In this document: positions 43,436 to 57,069 of the stretch, one piece after another
How the letters are laid out: the number at the start of each line of letters is the position of its first letter
Numbering within the stretch: the first letter of the stretch is position 1
Assembly (NCBI GenBank): GCA_964016885.1
Contig: OZ024754.1
Span: 31,806,001-31,870,000, forward strand
Direction of reading: 5' to 3'
Source: Eledone cirrhosa
Lineage: Eukaryota
Length of the DNA stretch: 64,000 nt
The notes under the pieces: model-generated
What the model was told of the DNA's origin: nothing
Databases searched by the model: none
Seen by the model: the letters and a program-made list of their open reading frames with translations, nothing else
Made by a program: the position numbers and the translations under genes

Positions 43436-43488
<53 letters not shown>

Positions 43489-43489
43489 A

Positions 43490-43931
43490 AAGTTATATTT
43501 AAATTGTTGGGTTACAACTAGTAAATATTTATAACTGATATAAAAGCACTCGACAAGTATTTGGAGTATATTTACGATATTAAATAAATGGAAACTATAT
43601 TTATAAAACCATATCTATTTCATTATATATATTTCAGGGATATCATATTAACAATATGCTATGCCTTCCTCAGACAAAATACAATATAGACAGTTTTATA
43701 GATAAATAGATTTGACATACCGTACAACATCGACTTGTATTTGATTAATTAATTCAACTTTTCAAATACAAGTCGATGTTGTACGGTATGTCAAATCTAT
43801 TTATCTATAAAACTGTCTATATTGTATTTTGTCTGAGGAAGGCATAGCATATTGTTAATATGATATCCCTGAAATATATATAATGAAATAGATATGGTTT
43901 TATAAATATAATTTCCATTTATTTAATATCG

Positions 43932-43932
<1 letters not shown>
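43490..43932. mobile_element. Family C fold-back element with two inverted hammerhead-like motifs
   Basis: About 43573-43745 is mirrored by 43762-43932. The plus strand reads CTGAGGA(43833-39)-agg…cct-GAAA(43871)-tata-TA. Flanked by (TA)n. Confidence 0.75.
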
Positions 43933-43967
<35 letters not shown>

Positions 43968-43969
<2 letters not shown>

Positions 43970-44285
43970 TAATTCAAAATATTAACAAAATAGATATTCT
44001 TGTGATCAATTATATTTTATTATACATATTTCAGAGGTACTGAGTTAAGTTCAACAGTACGTCCTCATCAGATGAAATAAAATGATACATGACATACCCT
44101 GACATATTAGATGGTTAAGATTTAGTCATTAATAAAATATAATTGATCACAAGAATATCTATTTTGTTAATATTTTGAATTAATATTAATAACTCTGTAA
44201 AACTTTTCAGTTGAGTGCTTCCAATCTATTGTAAAACTCATTCTTTGATGTATTTGTATTCATTGAACCTTGTTTAACTTTTAAA
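43968..44285 (-). mobile_element. Family C-related fold-back element with hammerhead-like motif
   Basis: Inverted arms 43968-44022 / 44130-44184. Minus strand reads CTGATGA-ggacgtactg…cagtacctct-GAAA-tatg-TA (44022-44071). 44207-44285 matches 47583-47668 inverted. Confidence 0.7.
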
Positions 44286-44488
44286 TATATATATATTTTT
44301 CTATTATTTTCATTATTACTTCTTTATTTAGATCTCCAAAATAATTTTAAAAAATTATGTTATGCAATATTTAAATAACTTTTAACATGTTTTATTTGAG
44401 GGAAAACGGGTATTACGATAGGTGACAATAGAGGCCCTATAGATTTGAGCACACTACAGACAGGGAAACCGCTAATGTATATATATAT

Positions 44489-44849
44489 AACAAAGGAATT
44501 GTGGTAAGGAACCAGATGGACCATAACGCACCAGAGTACTCAATACTTAGGGTAGTAGAGTGGGAAATAAGAAAAAGTATGACCCCGACGGCAAAGCTCA
44601 AGCCGTTTCGACGGCTATTTCTGGACCCGTCGAAACGGCTTGAGCTCTGCCGTCAGGGTCATACTCTTTCCTATATATATATATAACGAAGGAAATGTGG
44701 TAAGGAACCAGGTGGACCATAACGCACCAAAGTACTCAATACTTGAGGTAGTAGAGTGGATAATAGGAACCAGTAAGACCCCGACAGCTGAGCTCAAGCC
44801 GTTTCGACGGCGAAACGGCTTGAGCTCAGCTGTCGGGGTCTTACTGGTT

Positions 44850-44853
<4 letters not shown>
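44489..44853 (-). mobile_element. Two adjacent family B fold-back elements separated by (TA)n
   Basis: 44489-44672 and 44685-44853. Each has GTGGTAAGGAACCAG.TGGACCATAACGCACC…GACCCCGAC.GC..AGCTCAAGCCGTTTCG followed by its own inverted copy. Confidence 0.8.
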
Positions 44854-44883
<30 letters not shown>

Positions 44884-44959
44884 ACACTTCAACAGGATTC
44901 TAATAAACATGTGTATACATTATTTGGCACACCCTGTATATAATAATATGTACACATAG

Positions 44960-45030
<71 letters not shown>

Positions 45031-45037
<7 letters not shown>

Positions 45038-45358
45038 GAAATGACAGGAGGCTGGATTTGTGTAAATCCTTGAAAGGTTTATTATACTATCATCATTTCA
45101 ATGACCGGGTTCCGTATGAATCCGGTGATATCATCAGGTATTCGAAATACGTGAATGCAATAGATAAAATCCATGGGATAGCGGTCGCCCTCGGATCCTC
45201 GATTTTCAGCCCCATGGATTTTATCTATTGCATTCACGTATTTCGAATACCTGATGATATCACCGGATTCATACGGAACCCGGTTATTGAAATGATCATA
45301 GTATAATAAACCTTTCAAGGATTTACACAAATCCAGCCTCCTGTCATTTCCTTATAAT
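45031..45358. repeat. Fold-back palindrome (about 147-bp arms, 33-nt loop) starting at (TA)n
   Basis: TTATAATGAAATGACAGGAGG…ATCCATGGG mirrored by CCCATGGAT…CCTCCTGTCATTTCCTTATAA. The ORF track shows near-identical peptides on both strands. Confidence 0.92.
45247..45304 (+). ncRNA. Type I hammerhead ribozyme motif (inverted copy at 45084-45141)
   Basis: atac-CTGATGA(45251-57)-tatcaccgg…ccggttatt-GAAA(45289-92)-tgatca(palindrome)-TA-gtat. Confidence 0.8.
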
Positions 45359-45571
45359 ATTTAACTCCGTACTAGCACCACCAACTACAAAAACAAAGAC
45401 GCTTGAACTGCTTTACGCTGAGTACTCTCTATATTATTACATTACGATTGACCATACGGAATAGACCAGCTCTATCCAGTGGTGAACCTCAAACCTGAAT
45501 ATATATATAGTAATAATAATAAATTTGAAGACTAAAATCCAAAGAGGGCTCGATAAGGATAAATACATATG

Positions 45572-45622
45572 AGTTTCAGAAGATCCCGTTAAGGGTGAAA
45601 GCAGCGATTCTTTGCTTAAACT
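45572..45622 (+). ncRNA. Hammerhead-like motif with variant core CAGAAGA (family J)
   Basis: agttt-CAGAAGA-tccc gttaa gggt-GAAA-gca gcgattctt tgc-TT-aaact. All three stems pair. An identical copy lies at 54405-54455. Confidence 0.7.
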
Positions 45623-46281
45623 TATATCTGTTATTTTAATAAATATATATATATATATATATATAGATAGATATGCCATATATTTCTATACAATGGCTCA
45701 TCTCATGTTTAAATACATGACCTACATTGCCCACTATAGAAATCTATAAATTTAAATTTATTTACATCAATATTTACATCAATATTTCATATTAGAGAAA
45801 GTTAAATTATGAAAACAAAAGAGTAAAGCAAAAGGAGGGGCAGACTCTACTCGTCTGGTTAAGCGGCATATGTCAACTGCGTCCCGAAAACAAGATCACA
45901 TAGAGAACAGCCAGCGACACCCACTGCATCGGTCACCTTACCTCACACAATTAATCCTCAAGCGGGATGTATTCTTGCCAACTTTAATTGACAGGAATTA
46001 CAGAAAAAAAGTAAAGGCGCCGATCGTGAGAATGTGTCAACTGATCTTTCCATTCAAACTATTTTGCTGAAGAACGCAACACACCTAACGGTCCAGGAAT
46101 GCAAACCCACGACCTTATGATCGTGAGTACAACACTCTAACTAATTGACCACGTCCCTTCATGAACTGCAGAAGCCATCAGACACCAGACCACACATCGG
46201 CCGCAAACCTGCCATAACTATCCATGGCGGACTACTATAGATCGCGGCCTGTCATGTGACCTAGAAATTATATATACCTAT

Positions 46282-46538
46282 AAGAATATTTTCGAAACAG
46301 CGAGTGGGTTTGAAATTATTAGAAATGTAAGCTATCGCCGTATTTTGACTAAAGAAATTAAAGAAATTATTTAGCCTGATAGTGGGGTTAAGAACCCTCG
46401 GAGAAATGGAAAAAGATGAGTATTGACGTACATACTAATGTACGTCAATACTCATCTTTTTCCGTTTCTCCGAGGGTTCTTAACCCCACTATCAGGCTAA
46501 ATAATTTCTTTAATTTCTTTAGTCAAAATACGGCGATG
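46282..46538. mobile_element. Palindromic insertion with 12-bp target-site duplication
   Basis: ATATATACCTAT at 46270-46281 and 46539-46550. Internal palindrome 46334-46537 has about 100-bp arms and a 4-nt loop. The empty site is visible in the paralogous sequence near 30235-30265. Confidence 0.8.
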
Positions 46539-46614
46539 ATATATACCTATGTTTTAACATACCAATGGAATGGGGATCTGTCAGTTTCGACGATGAGTGT
46601 TCCAGTTGTTTGAC

Positions 46615-46685
46615 CGAAATTAACGTAATATTCGCCCCACTTATTCCCGAGAGGAATAAGTGGGCGAATATTACGTTAATTTCGC
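46615..46685. repeat. Short fold-back palindrome
   Basis: CGAAATTAACGTAATATTCGCCC(C)ACTTATTCC … GGAATAAGTGGGCGAATATTACGTTAATTTCG. Confidence 0.85.
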
Positions 46686-47097
46686 TATCAGCGTAGGAGA
46701 ATGTATTTCAACTTCCGCTGAAAGGGAAAAATTTTCGCTTCGCCTCGAAAATCTCTCTCTTTGAATTTCGTCACCAGAAGGTAAACATCTCTTGTGCAAG
46801 CGCCATTGCGATAAGCGCAAAATTTCATTATCAGCGCAGGTTTCTATGTGTCTAATAAGTGCCGGGTATATAAGTCAAGTGACCTGCTTTTTATAGATAA
46901 CACTAACTTATTTATTTTGTTGTTAGGATTCTGCCTATATTGACACAAGGCAAAGAGGCAACTGACGTATAACATCGTGAGTAGGAATCTCTTTATTTCA
47001 TGTGAGTATGATTGGTTTCTATCATATATATATATGTATATATGTATGTATATGGAGGGGGGGGGGTCGTGTGTGTATAGCTGTTGAGATAGAAACC

Positions 47098-47129
<32 letters not shown>

Positions 47130-47570
47130 GTAGAGGTTATATTTAATTTGTTGGGATACAACAAGCAAAATATTTTTATAACTGATATAAAGCACTCAAC
47201 AAATTATTGGAGTAAATATACAATATATTAACAAATGGAAACTATATTTATAAAACCATATTTATTTCATTATACATATTTCAAGGGCCACCAGAGCAAA
47301 CTACGGTGGCTTTCATCAGATAAAATATAATATAACTTAGTTTTATAAATAAATATTGACATACCCTTAAAAAATGCAACCATTCTGGAGATTCCAACCA
47401 GAATGGTTGCATTTTTTAAGGGTATGTCAATATTTATTTATAAAACTAACCTATATTATATTTTATCTGATGAAAGCGCACCATAGTTTGCTCTGGTGGC
47501 CCTTGAAATATGTATAATGAAATAAATATGGTTTTATAAATATAGTTTCCATTTGTTAATATATTGTATA
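47130..47570. mobile_element. Family C fold-back element with two inverted hammerhead-like motifs
   Basis: 47215-47388 is mirrored by 47398-47570. The plus strand reads CTGATGA(47467-73)-aag cgcacca…tggtg gcc ctt-GAAA(47505)-tatg-TA. Confidence 0.78.
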
Positions 47571-47668
47571 TATATATATATATTTAAAAGTTAAATTTAA
47601 AAGTTAAACAAGGTTCAATGAATAAATCAAAGAATGAGTTTTACAATAGATTGGAAGCACTCAACAGT

Positions 47669-47773
<105 letters not shown>

Positions 47774-47797
47774 ATTTTGTCAACTATTATTTATCGT

Positions 47798-47835
<38 letters not shown>

Positions 47836-47839
<4 letters not shown>

Positions 47840-49494
47840 ATATGGATGTTGTGTCCCTGTATCCATCTATTGACGTGGATTTTGCTGTGGAGAAATGCGT
47901 AGAAATGATCAGTGAGAGCAATGTTGAGTTCCGTGGGATTGATACCAGTGAGCTGGGACTCCTACTTAAACTTACCTATAGTAATAATTACCTCGACACA
48001 TATGACCTTAGCAACCTGTGCCCTACAAGACCAGCAAGAGGCAGACCACCTACCATTACCTCAATGGCCAAGAAAACCCACACAGATAGATAGAACGGGT
48101 GGACCAGAGCCATACGGACACCCAAAAACCACGATGAACTGAAGAAAATGATTGCACATGCGGTAGGGGCCAGCATAAAACTAACCCTTAAGGAACATAT
48201 GTTCAAATTTAATGGAAAAACATATGCCCAAGAGGAAGGAGCAGCCATTGGTGTTAGCATTGCAGGCGACATAGCTAACTTATTCATGGTATGGTGGGAC
48301 AGTAGACTTAAACTTAAACTTAAAGAACAATTAGAAGACCCCTTAACCCTGATAATGTACTCCCGCTACGTTGATGATATAAACATCGTAGTTAAGACAC
48401 CCCTAGAGAACAGTCAGGAACTAGAGAAAAGCACAATGGAAAGCATCCAGCATATAGCTAACTCCATCCACCAGAGCATTAGAGTTACTATAGACTACCC
48501 AAGTAAACACCCCAACCATCGATTACCTGTACTAGACACAGAGCTCTGGTTAGATACCATTAATAACAAAAAACAAATCCTCCATTCCCATTATGCCAAA
48601 CCCATGACTTCCAAACATCTGATCCACCGAAACTCGGCCGTTTCGGACCATACCAAAATCAACATACTGATTGCGGATTTGGTACGGGTGATGAGAAACG
48701 TGTCCCGCATGTGCAACCCCGAAGAACTAGAGAGACACATACAACACTTCATCCACGGTATGCAGTTCTCTGGCTACAATCAGAGAGATAAAATCAGAAT
48801 GTATAGAGGAGCCAGAACTAAATGGGAAAAAATGGTAAATAATGACATAAATGGGACCTGCCCTTTGTATAGGAGCACATTTTGGAATAGAATAGAAAGA
48901 ACTAGGAATAAGGCTAATAGAATAAACTCATGGTATGATAGCAATAAATACCAGAGTGTAATGTTCATCGATACAACCCCTAGAGGTGAATTAGCTTACA
49001 AATTTAGAAGGGCCCTAAATAAACATAAACTCAATATTAAGATAGTAGAAAGACCAGGTACCTCCGTAAAAACACTTATTAGCAAGACATACCCTTTCCA
49101 AAGACCCTCATGTATAGATAAGAAATGTATAACCTGTAAAATAAGCCCCCATATTAACTGTAAAACTAGAAATGTAGTGTATAGCATAAGATGTACTGAA
49201 GGACAATGTAGAAACAAAAATATAGTGTACATAGGTGAGACAGCTCGTAGTGTAGGGGAACGGATAAATGAACACTGACGAGACCTTCAAGATAGTAAAG
49301 AATCATCTGTACTCTACCAACATGCTAAAATAGAACACAAGGGTAAATTAGAGAACATAGAAATAAAAATAGAATCTACACACAAAAAAGACGCAATGTT
49401 TAGACAAATTACAGAGGCAATAAACATAAAAGAATTACAACCAAAATTAAATAGAAAATATGAGTGGAACAGCAACATCACAACTTACAATTAA
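47836..49494 (+). pseudogene. Penelope-like retroelement ORF (RT + Cys motif + C-terminal GIY-YIG), 5'-truncated, two premature stops
   Basis: A single frame runs from [10 protein letters not shown] through QEEGAAIG, YSRYVDD, LPVLD, CxxxxCxxC, NVVYSIRC…VYIGETARS…RINEH. Reading through the TGA at 49276 gives …RQITEAINIKELQPKLN…* ending 49494. The other stop is TAG at 48091. Confidence 0.93.
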
Positions 49495-50512
<1,018 letters not shown>

Positions 50513-50842
50513 ATATCCAGTCAACTCAAACAAATGTTGAAATTGGATTTCAAAATATCGTATGACTTACGTTTTAACTGGGAGAATGTATTTTTGATAT
50601 TATCGACAGGAGTGGTATGATAGGAATCTAGGGAAATTGATATCCCCAAACTAATGACATTTCTTTCATATAAAATGAACAGGAGGTGGACAAAAGAAGA
50701 TTTTGACTGTCATTTGACTCCTTCTTTGCCTGTCTAATTATTCAGCCTATAGCACCAATCTAAGGTGTTTGCTAATCCACTGAATTATTTTTATATAAGT
50801 TCCCAGTGTCCTCGCATTGTCTGGAAGCTTAGCTGAGATTAG

Positions 50843-50924
50843 ACTCCCTGATGACGTAAGGGTTCTCTGTGGATACTCTCTGTAACCATATTTATCCCCT
50901 TACAGAAACTAATTTAGTTGGAGT
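50843..50924 (+). ncRNA. Type I hammerhead ribozyme with all three stems intact
   Basis: actcc-CTGATGA(50848-54)-c gtaaggg…cccttac a-GAAA(50905-08)-cta att tag-TT-ggagt. Confidence 0.82.
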
Positions 50925-51269
50925 GAAATTTTAGTAAGTAAGTCAATTTTCATAACTTTCTTATTTACGTCTTTCATATAATTGTTCTGCATCCCCTTGC
51001 ATACAACCACAAAGTTACTAAGACAAAACATATATATTTGCTAACATAGGTATGCATCTGTATACATATGTTGGTAGATATACTAATTATTGGGTCACGT
51101 TCACTTCAAAATATTTTTTAAAGATCATGTTCACTTTAAAATAACTTTTAAATTATTAAAATATACACAGACATGTATATAATGTGAAATGAAACTGGAA
51201 GGCCCATATATATACGTGTGTGTATGTATATATATAAATGTGTGTGTGCGTATAGGAGACTCCAACCGT

Positions 51270-51435
51270 GAAGGTTGCATTTTTTCAGGGTATGTCAATA
51301 TTTATTTATAAAACTAATCTATATTATATTTTATCTGATGAAAGCGCACCATAATCTGCTTTGGTGGCCCTTGAAATATGTATAATGAAATAAATATGGT
51401 TTTATAAATATAGTTTCCATTTGTTAATATATTGT
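51270..51435 (+). mobile_element. Family C fragment with hammerhead-like motif
   Basis: CTGATGA(51335-41)-aagcgcacca…tggtggccctt-GAAA(51373)-tatg-TA. It ends in (TA)n. Confidence 0.72.
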
Positions 51436-51449
51436 ATATATATATATAT

Positions 51450-51499
<50 letters not shown>

Positions 51500-51738
51500 G
51501 TTTGTTATATGTATGTGTATGTGTGTGTAAATATATATATATATATATATTTGTACGTACTGCAAGGGGAATCCATTAGGCTCTGCCGTATGGGATACTT
51601 GTGTACAAATATGTATGCACCCATCAATGTGCAATACATGTGTGTGTATGTGTATGTGTACGTGTCGACACGTGTATATCTATAAACATCCAAAGGTGTG
51701 CGAATTTGTGTATGTTTGTGTTGCACCATAGAACATGT

Positions 51739-51997
51739 GTGTTTACGTATGTCATTGTGTTTATATGTGGATATAAATTGTATGTAGGATGTATGCTGAT
51801 GTAGGTATGTATGTCAACGTGTGTATGCTGTGGGTTCGTCTTAGGAAGAAGTGTTTAGACGGGGTCCGTATTTGTTAATAAACACTTCTTCCTAAGACGA
51901 ACCCACAGCATACACACGTTGACATACATACCTACATCAGCATATATCCTACATACAATTTATATCCACATATAAACACAATGACATACGTAAACAC
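51739..51997. repeat. Fold-back palindrome (about 119-bp arms, about 21-nt loop)
   Basis: GTGTTTACGTATGTCATTG…GGAAGAAGTGTTTA mirrored by TAAACACTTCTTCC…CAATGACATACGTAAACAC. Confidence 0.92.
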
Positions 51998-52199
51998 GGT
52001 ATGTTGTTATCTATCCTTCCGTTGTGTTGCTGTAATGTTGTGTTGCTGGTTTGACGGTTCATCTTGATTAGCGTTCTCTAATCTTGTATTATGCTCTGTA
52101 ATACTGACTTGCATGATTGCTGATAACTATTATACATTGAGCTTATTCATATCATGATATAGATAACTTAAGTGGATACTTTTATAACTTAATTCTCTC

Positions 52200-52252
<53 letters not shown>

Positions 52253-52984
52253 AACTCCAAACCGCAACCGGTATGATTCGATCCAGCAATCTCAATATTC
52301 AGTCAGAACCACCCGGATTTAAATATACTAACCTGACATCACTCCACTATTATTAGCTGACAACTGACCTACTGGTCATTAAATCAACATCGAGAATCCC
52401 CAACCTTTCTTTCCCCTTCTCTCTATAGTTACATCACCTCCATTAAAATAAATCAGTCAATCTACCCAGTCTTAATCCCCTATATAACATCACTGTCCCT
52501 TTCACTTTTTATTCTCTATTTATCTATTCTAGCCTTTTTGTCTCATCCTCGAATCCTTACTCTTTACTCTCTATCTCTTGTTCTTTATCTTTTTCCCTCT
52601 TACTGTTTATTCTAATCCTTTAATATTTTTTCTACTGTTTTACATTTTTATTTCGCCAGTTCATAAACTCAATACACTATAATAATACGCCGTCCACTCA
52701 CTAAAATTTGGCCTATCGTATATCGTATTTCTTTTCATGTTATTGTTATCAATACTATCATCACTATTTTACACATCCACTTACTCACCATTATAACTTC
52801 ATCTATCACCACCACTACTACAACTATTATCAATAACCGTATTTTTTATCTTTTTATTATTTTTAATTTTTTTATATTTTTTATCATTTCATTATTTCAT
52901 TGTTTTTTATTATTGGTGTTATTGTTTTCATTTACTTGATTCTCCTATGTATCTATAAGTACCAGAGCCCTGTGTTATATCCTC

Positions 52985-53099
52985 CAGTATTCCGATGATT
53001 TGATCAGAGACACACACTGTATTTAAGGTCGAGTGACACAAATTCTAGTGATTAGCGGCCTTTAGACTCACCTGATCAATGAAACAATTGTTAATACTG
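52985..53099 (+). ncRNA. Hammerhead-like motif with variant core CCGATGA and long stem II insert
   Basis: cagtatt-CCGATGA(52992-98)-t ttgatcag…(about 64 nt)…ctgatcaa t-GAAA(53081-84)-caattg(palindrome)-TT-aatactg. 7-bp stem I and 8-bp stem II. AATAAA and then (TA)n follow. Confidence 0.75.
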
Positions 53100-53148
53100 T
53101 AAATAAAACCCTTTTTGTACAGCCAACCATGTTATTCTTCACTCTTTC

Positions 53149-53180
<32 letters not shown>

Positions 53181-53184
<4 letters not shown>

Positions 53185-53372
53185 AACCAGTAAGACCCCG
53201 ACAGCTGAGCTCAAGCCGATTCGACGGCTAATTCTGGACTGAATTAGCCGTCGAAACGGCTTGAGCTCAGCTGTCGGGGTCTTACTGGTTCCTATTACCC
53301 ACTCTACTACCTCAAGTATTGAGTACTTTGGTGCGTTATGGTCCACCTGGTTCCTTACCACATTTCCTTCGT

Positions 53373-53373
<1 letters not shown>
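53181..53373 (+). mobile_element. Family B fold-back element
   Basis: Palindrome 53181-53294 centred on CTAATTC-TGGACT-GAATTAG, followed by the conserved tail. (TA)n on both sides. Confidence 0.8.
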
Positions 53374-53405
<32 letters not shown>

Positions 53406-53408
53406 AAT

Positions 53409-53595
53409 AATTGTTTCTACTTTAGGCACAAGGCCAGCAAATTACCCAGTGCATTACTGGTACTTTATTTTATCGACCCCGTAGGGATGAAAGGCAAAGT
53501 CAACCTCGGCGGGATTTGAACTCAGATCGTAAAGGGACGTAACTATGCTGGAAAGCATGGCGTCCGACCCTCTACCGATACTGCCAATCCACCGC
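53409..53595 (-). mobile_element. Full-length tRNA-derived SINE (main family) with probable TSD
   Basis: Same blocks as the other copies. AGAATGAATAAT flanks both sides (about 53400 and 53598). Confidence 0.88.
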
Positions 53596-53934
53596 AAAGA
53601 ATGAATAATAACAGGTAGACATCATAAAAAGTGTTGTAATTAACCATTACTGCATCTAGGATAATCCTATATATATTTATATATATATATATATTTTTTT
53701 TATTTTGAGTTAAGATTCTATTGGTTTTTCCCCGGATTACACAAAATCTGCGGATAAAATTTCTGGTCTTGACTTGTTTTGAATTGGGATTAAATTATTT
53801 TCCCATATCTTACCTTAAATATTTTTCATCTTGACATAATAGTCACTTATATATCTGAATTACTGTTGGCTTCTTGCTTACATTAATTTCTCTATTTTCA
53901 TTTATATATATATATATATATATATGAATATAAC

Positions 53935-53975
53935 ACCACTGACGATGTTGCAAATGTGCAACGAAAGATTTATGT
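53935..53975 (+). ncRNA. Minimal hammerhead motif (family K pLTR, 53930-54240)
   Basis: CTGACGA(53939-45)-t gttgca aatg tgcaac-GAAA(53963-66)-gatt-TA. Stem I is weak. Downstream sequence is homologous to the Penelope pLTR tail at 49850-49940. Confidence 0.68.
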
Positions 53976-54239
53976 AAATTATGTAAACTATATATATGTG
54001 TTTGTGTCTATATTGTATCTGTATTATTTTTGACCGTCGGTCAGTCAATGGCAACATTGAGGACCGAGTAAGTTAGATCGCAGATATAAAAGACAGCGAG
54101 AAGCGAAAACCAACCAACAGAGTGTGTTCTGTTATTAATTCTGGCAATATTACGCAAATATGACCCTCCCCAAATATAACAATATCTGTTTCGACACACG
54201 ATTTCATATAAAAAACCTCGCTAAACTAATTCATCGCCG

Positions 54240-54277
<38 letters not shown>

Positions 54278-54404
54278 ATAATAATAAAATTGAAGACTAA
54301 AATCCAAAGAGGGCTCGATAAGGAAAATATATATCAAATATATAAGAACCGTAGAGCAAATATTTATTAAAATAACAGATTAAAGTTTACAGATTGACTT
54401 TGTT

Positions 54405-54455
54405 AGTTTCAGAAGATCCCGTTAAGGGTGAAAGCAGCGATTCTTTGCTTAAACT
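54405..54455 (+). ncRNA. Hammerhead-like motif with variant core CAGAAGA (family J, second copy)
   Basis: Identical to 45572-45622. It lies between inverted repeats 54360-54389 / 54450-54479. Confidence 0.7.
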
Positions 54456-54475
54456 TTAATCTGTTATTTTAATAA

Positions 54476-54507
<32 letters not shown>

Positions 54508-54524
54508 ATATATATATATATATA

Positions 54525-55526
<1,002 letters not shown>

Positions 55527-55704
55527 GACCACCCGTGACCCGTTGGGTCACGTTCACTTCAAAATATTTTTAAAAATCATGTTCATTTAAAAATAATTTT
55601 TAAATAATTAAAATATACACAGACATGTATATAATGTGAAATGAAACTGGAAGGCCCATATATATATACGTGTGTGTATGTATATATATATAAATGTGTG
55701 TGTT

Positions 55705-55737
<33 letters not shown>

Positions 55738-56973
55738 TATCATGTATCCCAGTACAACCTGTCTCATGGTCGGGTCGTTGGCGACTAAACTGGCAACCCC
55801 ACCAAGGTTTCTTGGTGAGGAGGGTGACTTTGAACATCCTGCAGGACTAAAAACAAAACCTGTCAAAGGGCAAAGGAGCTCTTAAGAGTCAATGGCCATC
55901 CAAAATCACTGGGAGAGATGACCCCTTAGCCTTTGTCAAGGCAGAATTCTAGGAGAAGGAAAACTCTGATATAACATCTGCAACCCTGATGGTATCCAAT
56001 GATTTTGACTTGTTCTTCTTTTTGGTAAATATCATCTTGGTTAAGAGAGTGGGACTGGCTTTGTGCAGAGCCTTTGCTGACTATAAAAGCTTCACGGCAC
56101 AGGCATTGCTTTGTATCTGGAGATCTCTCTGCACTTGTCGTCACATGGTACCAAAGGCAAAGCACTATGTGTCAATAATTGTCACAAGTGTAGTGTTTGT
56201 ACCAGAGTTTTCAAGTCGCTGGCTGGACTAAAAAGTCACACTCGTTCAGCGCATCGGTAGGGGTTCTCCTACATGGATATAAAGTAGTGGCCGTACTCGA
56301 AAACGAGTTGGCAGCCACCATATATATATATATATATAAGTATGTGTGTGTATATATATACGTGGGTGTCTGTGATTTATATACACAGGTCATAGACACA
56401 CACACACATATATATTCATACACACTCACATATATATTATACACAACAGCACCACCAGCTCTCTTCCATTCTACTTCTCTGTCTCCTCTCCCTCTCTCTA
56501 TGTCTCTTTTTCAATCTACTCTGTCACAACCACATCTCTTCCACTTTATCCTTCTTTCTCTCTGTTTATGAAGATACCCGGAAAACCCCCATATCTCGGG
56601 AACCCGCGTACTGATTTAGGGGAAACTTGTTTCATTCCTATTTCAGGTCAACTTCCTTTCAAAGTAGAAAAAATGAAATTTCATTTCTCACTCTTAGTAC
56701 GGCTGATACTTAAGTGTAAGTATGTATACGTACATACATATATGTATACAGACGTACAGTAGTATGTATATATATACATACATGCACACATATATATATG
56801 TACGTATGGGTTTACCGAACATTCATTATAATGTTCGGTTTGATTGTAAACAAACAGCCCGAATTAAGCCGTACAGTGTTCGGCAACCATAGAGTATTTC
56901 GCCATTATGTGCCCTTTCGGTTGTATTACATTACAGACAAGCAAGCAAGCAACCGATCACAGAGTTTTAGTAG

Positions 56974-57068
<95 letters not shown>

Positions 57069-57069
<1 letters not shown>

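Noticed and set aside
49276-49278. In-frame TGA in the Penelope GIY-YIG domain as possible selenocysteine or readthrough
   Set aside because: The position (EH*RD) is not a conserved Cys, the same ORF also has a TAG and is 5'-truncated, and I recognised no SECIS. A simple nonsense mutation is more likely.
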